From: Piromyces finnis finn
Lineage: Eukaryota; Fungi; Neocallimastigomycota
DNA: 64,000 bases
NCBI GenBank assembly: GCA_002104945.1
Contig: MCFH01000042.1
Span: 310,001-374,000 of the forward strand
Reading direction: 5' to 3'
The translations under genes were made by a program, and so were the position numbers. Below are positions 54,371-64,000 of the stretch, one piece after another. The notes under the pieces are model-generated. The model was given only the letters and a program-made list of their open reading frames with translations, searched no databases and was not told the origin of the DNA. Each line of letters starts with the position of its first letter. Within the stretch, counting starts at the first letter, position 1.

Positions 54371-54737
54371 TATTTTATTTTATTTTATTTTATTTTATTT
54401 TATTTTATTTTATTTTATTTTATTTTATTTTATTTTATTTTATTTTATTTTATTTTATTTTATTTTATTTTATTTTATTTTATTTTATTTTATTTTATTT
54501 TATTTATTTTATTTTATTTTATTTTATTTTATTTTATTTTATTTTATTTTATTTTATTTTATTTTATTTTATTTTATTTATTTTATTTTATTTTATTTTA
54601 TTTTATTTTATTTTATTTTATTTTATTTTATTTTATTTTATTTTATTTTATTTTATTTTATTTTATTTTATTTTATTTTATTTTATTTTATTTTATTTTA
54701 TTTTATTTTATTTTATTTTATTTTATTTTATTTTATA
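54371..54737. repeat. (TTTTA)n microsatellite next to the outer end of the right arm
   Basis: ~365 bp pentanucleotide run starting ~20 bp after the inverted-repeat boundary. Confidence 0.95.
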
Positions 54738-56176
54738 TTTATAATCTCGAAAAAATATAATTTTTATTTTCTTTTTCTTTTCTTTTTTTTTTTTTTAAGA
54801 TGAATTTTCAATATTCAACACTTTTATTTTTCTTTTCGTTTTCTTGTAACACATGTATTGGTTATATAAAAGTAGTTTTTATTTAAATGGGTTTTCGATA
54901 TTCCATTTTTTTATTTTTTTATTTTCTTTTTATTGTAACTTACTTATTAGCTATAAAAAAAAAGAGTTTTCACTCTCTTAATAATGAATTTACTTTTCTT
55001 TTTTCTAATTTATTAATAAATTGTTTTTTGTGGGATGACAAAAAACTATTTTTATGGAGGTTGAATTCTATTAATACAAAATTATAAAAAAAAAAGTTTT
55101 AAATAAAAAAGGATTTTTATTTATTCCTATATTTTTTTATATATTATATCAAAACTTTTTTTTTTATTTTTGATGGTTACTTGTAAAATAATAATATCTT
55201 TAAACATCAATATAATAAATAGTATATTTATAAATAAATCAACCTATTTCACTTTCTTTTTTTTTTTTTTTTTTTATTTTATGACATCTTAAATAATTTT
55301 TTTTTTTTTTATTATTTTATTTTATTTTTTTAATATGCATATATATATACATTGGCTATATTCAAAAGTATAAAATAACACTACGATGTAATAAATCGTA
55401 GTATACATGAAAAAATTTATAATAAATGTATTTATTTAAATAGGATATGTATCATTATATAAAATATAAAATGAAATAGTGATAAAAAGAATTTATAGTT
55501 TTAAATAATATATATTGTTATGATTATAATTAAACAAATAAAAAAAAAAAAAAGAATAATAATTAAAAATGATATATCTAGATATGGATAGTTGTATATA
55601 AATAAATTATTATTATTATTATTATCATTAAAAGAATATTTTTTAATAATAATAATTATAATAATTATAATAATTATAATTTAATAATATCTAAGTAAAG
55701 TTTTTTTTTTAAAAAAAAAAAAAAAAGTAAAGTATTTTTACATTTAATTTTATCTAAAGTATAGAGTATGTATTCTAATAATTTTGATTTAATATTTATA
55801 ATTAAAAATCTTTGATAATATTAATGATGATTTTTTAGTAATTTTAAAGTTTATAATCAAATCATTGAAAATTGTAAAACCTTTCTTTTTCCTCTTTTTT
55901 CATTATTCTTTTTAACCAGCAATAAATGTCTTTTTTTTTAAAAAAAAAAAAAAATCGCTTAAACCATTTAAAACCAATTTAGGCATTTCATTGATTTAAT
56001 ATTCGTGATACTGACATATTTCATTTCTTTATTTTACAAAGATTACCAATGATATTATTATTAATATTCTTATTCTATAAAATTGATTTTAAATTATTGG
56101 TAAAGTAATTGAATTTATATATATATATATATTTCCTAAAAAAAAAAAATTCATAAAAATAATTTTTTTTTTTTCA

Positions 56177-58821
56177 TTATTGGTATCCCATTATTGACAA
56201 TTCCTTATCTTGATCTGGATTTTCATTAAATTTAGGTTGTATTTGTTGTTGTGGATCATGTGTTTGATTATAATTATCAATTAGAATACAGTTATTTATT
56301 AATTGGGACATAATTTGTTCATTATCCATACTATTTGATATAGATGATGTTAAGGATGATATACGTTTTGGTCTTTTGGCTAAAGCTCGTTTATGGTCAT
56401 TCTGTTCAAAAGAGGTGTTATTTAAATTATGATGTGTTGATGATGAATTTGCCAAAGCATTTTCATTGTAATGTGTATTACTCTTTCCATTGTCTGTACC
56501 AGAAGAAGAATAAAGTGGAGGTTTTTCCAATGAAATAGGGTTTAGTTTTTTTCTGAAACTTTCCTCTGTATCATCCAAAAATTTAATGGCTGATAGACTT
56601 GAATCACGAGGAGGATGTGGATAGGAATTACTTTTACGACAAGAATTTCTATGATTTTTATTTACATTTGGGGAAGGAAGATGAGGATCTTTGGAGTGAC
56701 CTAATTCACCTAATATAGGAGTCCATTCTGTCTCTTTTGAATTTGCTACTGTTGGTATTGTAGGATTACCACCGCTTGAAGAACCAACACCAACACAAAT
56801 TAAAGAAGAATCTCTAGGCTTAACATCTGATTTAGTTAATATTGATTTTAATTCACTAGACGAGCTATAATTGACATTTCCATAGATATTCTTGGCATTA
56901 TACTTATTAACATGAGCAGGTGATTCGTCTATGATGAATGAAGAATTTTTCAGAGAAGGTTCTATTAAGAAATCACTAATATCAATGGATTCCTTTGGAA
57001 TATTTATTGAATGACCTGATACCTGAGGAATATTATAGTCATCATCAAGCGGTTTCGAAGTCATTGAAGTATCACTTGTAAATGGATGAAACAAGGATAT
57101 GTCTTCAATTGGTGGAAGAATATAAGAGCTTTTAATGTCATTATTATTACTACTATTTAAGAATGAAACGTTTGGTGGTCCATTTTGGAAAGAACTATTG
57201 TAATTGTTGGTAGTATCCATAGAAGAGAAATTAATATCAGTATCAACAACAATGGAATTTTCATTATAACCATTATTATAATTATTATTATTATTATTAT
57301 TATATTTTGGTATATTACGAGTGACTTTTTGACGATTATTAATATTTTTAATAATTTTTAGTAATAGATCAGATTTTCTTCGGTAGTACATTAAGAAGGT
57401 TATCACAATAAAAAAGACAAAAATTAATACAACAATGATAATGAATATAATCAAAAGTGTTTTATAATCTCTTTTATTTTTTTCACTCGAATTTATGGTA
57501 TTATCAATTTTAGTATTTGTATTTTTAGAAGTGCTAGAAGCATTGGAAATTGTAGATGTTATCTTTGGGATAGTCTTATTCATATTATTATTATCATTAT
57601 TATTATTATTACTATTATTGTTGTTATTGTTGTTACCGTTATTTTCCACAAGAGTTGTCCTTGCGATTGTTGTAGTATCTAATGCTTCGTTATTTTGATT
57701 ATTATCAAGAATTGTATCATTTGTTAAGGTAGTATTATTATTATTAACATCCATATCCATATTATCACTATCTTTTGTGGCTATAGTATTAGTATCACTA
57801 TTATTGTTATTATCATTATTTATTTCAATATTGTTGTTGTTGTTGTTGTTGCTAATATCCCCTAGATCATCATTTATAGTATCACTATTAATTATTTTAT
57901 CATTTTTTTTAGTATTGTTATTTGTTTTAGTTTTGGTAGCTTTTGTTTCAGGAGAATCTTCAGTTTGAACTTTTATTATTAGTATTATTATTTTTAATAA
58001 TAATGATAAAATAGTTGTCATGTAATCGTAATAATGATCATAATAATAGTAATGTAGTAATTGTTGTTATTAAGAATAATAGAAAATATTAATATACACA
58101 TTTTTACATAAAAATAAAAATCATTAATATTTAGTATAACTTTTTGAATAAAAGTAATCCTTATTCTAGTCATTACTCTAATTTTTAATAGTACCTGTAA
58201 ACATTTTCTTATCAGTAACAAGTGCCTGTAAGCATGAATCCGAACAAGTATAATAATTTGAATTATTTCTATTCCCTTTCACTTTAATAAATTTTACTTT
58301 AGCCTTACTTTTTTCATTCATTTTAAAATAATTGAAAAAAATAGGAGTGTCTACATTTTCGATGGTATAACAAATATTGGTGGTACAAGCTACATTAATT
58401 TTTATAATAAAATTAAAAATAATATCTATATTACTATACAATTGGCACTATGATTCATTAAATACAAAATTATAAAAGTTTAAATATTTCTTTTTTTATA
58501 TTTGTTATGATAATATATTATAATGTTTAAGAAAAACTTTATATTATTCTCTTTTTCAACTATTGTTTTTTCTCTTGATATATATATATATATATATATA
58601 TACTAAAATTATTAAAAATATATACCTTTTGGGCATTCATAAACACTATTTGTAGATGGATTATTAATTTCCATACAACCCCATTGAGCATTACACCATT
58701 GACACTGTTTATTTGCTCTACAACTTTTCTTTGTATCCAATGAAAAGCAATCTGTTTGTTTTGCACATTGTACCAATACAATGTGTATTAATGTTAAAAA
58801 TATATAAATGAACTTTTTCAT
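56177..58821 (-). CDS. Type I membrane protein: signal peptide, PSI-like Cys-rich domain, Asn/Thr stalk, TM, long Ser/Asn-rich tail (exons 58821-58626, 58389-58195, 57969-56177)
   Basis: C...SC...CQWC...C pattern; phase-consistent junctions CPK-ACT and FT-VQTED; TM LLIIFIIIVVLIFVFFIVITFLMYY followed by RRK. Confidence 0.78.
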
Positions 58822-61247
58822 ATTTCTTTTTTATATATAAAAAAAAGGATTTTTTTAATAGTAATGTTGTTCTAAAGTTGTTGCTCTCTAATAATTTATA
58901 TATTATTTATATATATATATATATATATCAATTAAATTAAGAAAAAAGACTTTATAAGTGTGCTATTCTTTAATAAAATATTTTTTATTTTATTTTATTT
59001 ATTCATTACCTTTGAGTTATTATAATAATAGCGATAAAAATTATTTTTTTTTAATATAACATTTAAAATATATATTCTAGAGAAAATAATATAAATGCTA
59101 TCAACTCTATAAACTTTTTATACTTTATATTTACAGTTTTTTATAGAATAATAAAACCAATTTTATATCTACAGTTTTTTATAGAGTAATAAAACCAATT
59201 TTACATTTACAAGTATAACCTAATTTCGTTTATATTATTTTACCACAAATTGAAATTCAGTACATTCAAAATTTCAAATTTATAGGATAAAAAGGAAAAA
59301 GGTAGAAAAAATAAAACAATAAAATAAAAAATGTAGTTATAATATATATTTCATAGGTGAATAGAAAGAGAAAAGTGTTTTTTTCTATATATATAATAAT
59401 ATAATAATAATAAAAATTGATAATTTGATAATTTTTCTTTTTCTTTATAATAAAGAAAGTATCAATTATTTGTTCTATTTTAGTTTCAATATTTTAGTTT
59501 TTAATAATAAAAAGTCTTTTCTTCTTTACTTTTACACGCTTTTCACCTTCGTTACTTTTACTATTTATCCTTGTTTCCTTATTTCTTTTAAAACAAATAA
59601 TAAAAAGAAAAAGAAGAAAAAAAAAATTTTTTTTTTGATGTTTTAAAGGAACTTCCAAAAAAGGTTAATTGGCCAATAATAAAGAATTTAAATTAAATTT
59701 TTAAATCAATTAAATTGTGGAATTTAAAAAATTTAAATTAATTATTATTAATATTATATATTATATAATATAAACTAATATATTATTCAATATATTAAAG
59801 CGGATAATCTAAAAAAAAATCATCCATCGTACACAATATTATAAAAAGTGAAAAGTAATAGAATTAAAAGTCACACCTAGTATATTGAATAAAACTATTT
59901 CTTATAAGAAGAAATAAAACTGCCTATTCTTTCCCAAGGTATAATCTACAAAATATCTAAAATAAAAAATATCAAATTTTAAATCTTTAAAAGTTCTTTT
60001 TTTTTTTAAAAAAAATCATCAAAAAATGCATCATCCAACCATGAAAATTTAATATAAAAAAAGAAATCTTTACCATATATTAAACATATAAATTATTGGT
60101 TAATATAAAATTAATCTATTTTTTAAAGAATACAAAATTCAATAAATTAGATTGTATTGTAATATATGTATTTTAAAAATAATATATTAATTGGAAATTT
60201 TAATTAAATCTAAAAGTTTTAAAGATTTCTTTACACTTTCATAATAAAAAAAAACAAAAGTAAAAAGAACATTTTGTATGCAATTTCAAAAAAGATGGTG
60301 CATCATAAAGAAGGAAAAAGACATACCCTTACATTGAAAACATCATAAATTCAACTTAAAGAACCTGTAAAAAAGTAGAATGCTTTCAAAGGTTTCTTTT
60401 ATATACAATGATATACAATGATATACCAAGGAATAAAGAATACCTTCATAATGTACTGAAATGTATTAAAATGTATTATAATGTAATACGATTTTTTTAA
60501 TGATGTGTCATAAATAAAAAAAAATTTATCAATAATTAAAAAAAAAAAAAAGAGGACTTGCAAAGAATATCAACATGAATACATGAATACAAATGCATGG
60601 TTATTTTTGGTATTGTTGTGTCTATTAGTGGTGGTGATGGTGGTGATGGTAATTTCAAGAGTTTTTTTTTTTTTTATCATTTTATTATTTTCATCTATCT
60701 TATTTGATTCTACTTTTGATAAATGGTTTGATGCCTTTTTTTTTTTTAGCATCTTTTTGTTTATTTTTTTTTAATTTATCAAATTTTATCAAAATTTTTA
60801 CTATTTTCGATTTATAATAAATTTGATAAAAAAAAATATTATTCCTAATAAATTAATAAAAAAAAAAAGTGCACTAAAGATAAAATAAATATAAAATGGC
60901 CTTTTACCAATTTACCTTTTTTTTAATTACATTCTTAAATTGGACATGGGTGTGTATAGGTAATAACAACAAAAACCATTGAATATAAAGAAAAAATGGG
61001 TGAGAATAATAATAATGTTATGTGTATCTTATCTATTATATATGCTTTTAAATTCAAATAAATTATAGTTTATTGGATATAAAACATATGGTGGGTATAT
61101 TGAATTCATAACAATAATACAGTATAACAATAAAAAAAAATGGTTTTGTTATCCGTGAAATTTGTACAGGTTTAAAAAAAATAATATTAATTAAAATAAA
61201 TGAAAATTCTATTCATTTTTTTTTTTTTTTAAAAAAACGTTTAAATT

Positions 61248-62207
61248 TTAACCCCATTCTGCACAATTAGAAAAGTCATATCCTTCAGGTGGAGGAAGTG
61301 CCATGGAAGGAGGAAATTCTTTAACATATTTTTTCAAATGTTTATACTTTTCTTCATATTGCTTTTTAAGTTCTCTTGATTTATCTACAATTTGATAATT
61401 ATTTATCATATTTGTTTCAATAACCAATTTATGAATTAAATAGTCATAGTTAGCATCTATATAATTAATACTCTCTAAGGTATAGAATAGAGGTGGAAAT
61501 GGAGAATAATATTAAAAATGGGATATAAACACAAATATAATAATATTACTATTATTAGATATGGTCTAATGATCTTTCTTTTTTTATATCACTATAATAA
61601 TAGTTTTTAAAAAAAAAATAATAATAATAATAATACCTTGACGTGTTTGAAAATAAGGAACATGAGAAAATTTACAATTTAAACCATAACTACAAAATCC
61701 ATTTTTAAAAAAATTCTGACAAATTGGATTTCCTAACTTTTCAATTAAAATATCTCTTGGTTCTGAAAAATGAAAATTATTATTTAAGGTTGTAATTAAT
61801 AATAATGATTTAATTTTAAAAAAAAAAATACTATTCATAATAAATAGTTTCATCCTTTTTAAATGCAATTTTTTTAAAAGAAAAAATAAAAATTGGGGGG
61901 TTTATACCTTTTCCATTAACATAACTATTATTAATTATTTAATAAAAAAAAAAAAAAAAGGCTACTCAATTTACCTTTAAAAGAATTGTAATGATTTTTT
62001 ACATTTAATATATGTTGTTGACTATTTAAATGATTTTTTCTCTTTTCAGGCGTATCAACAAAACTGCGATCACAATAATCACAATAATCTTTATTTAAAA
62101 AAAAAAATTAGAGACTTTTACTTTTTTAAAAAATTCTATTTATAAAAATTAAACATTTATAAATTGTTGAATATATATATATAATATTATTTACAATTTT
62201 TCCCCAT
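61248..62207 (-). CDS. ZMAT5: U11/U12 snRNP 20 kDa protein (matrin-type + CCCH zinc fingers), exons 62207-62195, 62088-61975, 61762-61637, 61474-61248
   Basis: Spliced product [30 protein letters not shown]...CQNFFKNGFCSYGLNCKFSH...FPPSMALPPPEGY...EWG* parallels ZMAT5 ([14 protein letters not shown]...[20 protein letters not shown]...LPPSLRAPPPGGW...QWG). Confidence 0.9.
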
Positions 62208-62474
62208 GCTTTATTGAATGTTTATAGATTTGTTCTACTCTTTTGGCATATGAGATAAACAAGGAAATTTTGTAATAGTAATTAGCTTCTCGTCCTTTCC
62301 CTAAAAAAAAATAAGGAATAAAAGAGAATGAATGAAGCACGTGGAATCATTGTATTATTTACATAATAAATTTGAAATTGTCATGTGAATTTTAAATTAA
62401 CATGATAAATTTATGTAAATTCTAAATATAATTATTATTTTTATAAATTCCTCAAAATACCTTGTAAATGTTTA

Positions 62475-62660
<186 letters not shown>

Positions 62661-63818
62661 AATAATATTTATTTATTTATTCATTTGTTTATTCATTCAT
62701 TAATCCATTTATTGATAACTACTCTACAGTATATTATCCTTTAATAAAATATAATTCAAGTTATTGTATTATCATTAAAGAATTCAACCATTATCATTAT
62801 CTTTTTCTTTCATTTCATTCCTATTAAAAAATTTATTTATTCCTTTTGATATTTAACTAAAAATTCTAATGTATCAATAGTTCTATATTTTATTGGTATC
62901 ATCGTAATCACACTAATAAACTAGGATCGTTATTCCTAGAAAAAAGACGAAAATAGCAATACAATTAAAAAATAAACTAGTCATAATTATCTATAATTAT
63001 CGTATATTCAATATATCATTTCTTATTAGTATCCTCATAAATAAAAAAAAACATAGTTATATAATGTAATAATATTATTAACATCTTATAAAAATAGCTT
63101 GTTTTTGTATTTTATATAACAAAGTCATGACATTTTTTCAAAAAAGAAAAAAAAAACCTTTTAATTCTTTTAATTATTATTGAAAAGCTGTTTTCCTTCT
63201 TTCAAAAAAACTAGTTTAAAAAAATAAAATTTAAAAATAATTTAAAAATTCATTTGTGTAACCTTGAAAATTTAATTTATTTTAAATTAAATTTTTAATT
63301 ATCAACTTTTTTTAATTAAATAGAAATTCAATATTTAAAAAATATTTTTAAATGCAACTAGCTAGTCATACACACTTTTTTAATAATGCATTAAAAGGAA
63401 ATGACCTTTTTTATTTTACTTTTTTTTTATTTATTTGGCATGCGAAATATCTTTCGTATATAAAAAAAATGTTTTTTTAAAAATTATTAATTATTTAAAT
63501 TTAAAAAAAAAAATCAAAAAATTCATATTGCATGAAAAAAAAAAAAATGGACCGTTTATCCAATAAAAAGTGCATAAAAATGAAATTAAATGGCGTTTCT
63601 ATCAACATATCAACAGTCATTTTACATTGAATTAAAAACAAAAATTGTATTTATTGTATTTGTTATACACTTTATTACAGTCCTAGTAAAATTAGTACCA
63701 AGATAGTATCAAGATATTATAACATAACAAAAAAAAGTAACTATAGGATGTTATTACTCGTTATATGATATACCATTGAAATTCTACATGGAATATTATA
63801 ATATATACCATAAGGTAG

Positions 63819-63952
63819 AAGATAGACCATAATTTACTATAGGATATCATAGGATATCAAAAGAGATACCATAAAATATATTATAGAATATATCATAGAA
63901 TATTTAAAGATAGACCATAATTTACTATAGGATATCATAGGATATCAAAAGA
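63819..63952. repeat. 46-bp direct repeat pair (88-bp period)
   Basis: AAGATAGACCATAATTTACTATAGGATATCATAGGATATCAAAAGA at 63819-63864 and 63907-63952. Confidence 0.88.
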
Positions 63953-64000
63953 TTAATCATAAGATAACCTAGTATATATACACCTAATATTATAACAAAA

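Overview
Extremely AT-rich, intron-rich eukaryotic DNA that fits an anaerobic gut fungus (Neocallimastigomycota): it carries fungal non-catalytic dockerin (CBM10-type) domains, SBP-7TM receptors and long AAT microsatellites. Spliced genes reconstructed by eye: F-box protein, a low-complexity protein, a DHX34-like DEAH helicase (18.9-26.7 kb), a MiT/TFE/Rtg3-like bHLH factor, two tandem solute-binding-protein/class C GPCR genes, a membrane-anchored GH114, a type I membrane protein with a PSI-like Cys-rich domain, and ZMAT5 (U11/U12-20K). Debris: a decayed 28S rRNA 3' fragment, an ankyrin pseudogene and a disrupted dockerin-GH6. Highlights: (1) an apparently intact tRNA-headed SINE-like retroposon (43819-44483, minus strand) with a 130-nt poly(A) tail and a 12-bp target-site duplication, sharing a 44-nt 3' motif (39/44) with a LINE-like remnant at 36.3 kb; (2) a ~5.9-kb inverted duplication (48492-54351) holding two head-to-head copies of an unrecognised secreted protein whose 15-aa Cys repeat array differs in size (8 vs 23 units). 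All exon boundaries and family calls come from manual reading and recalled motifs, not database searches.
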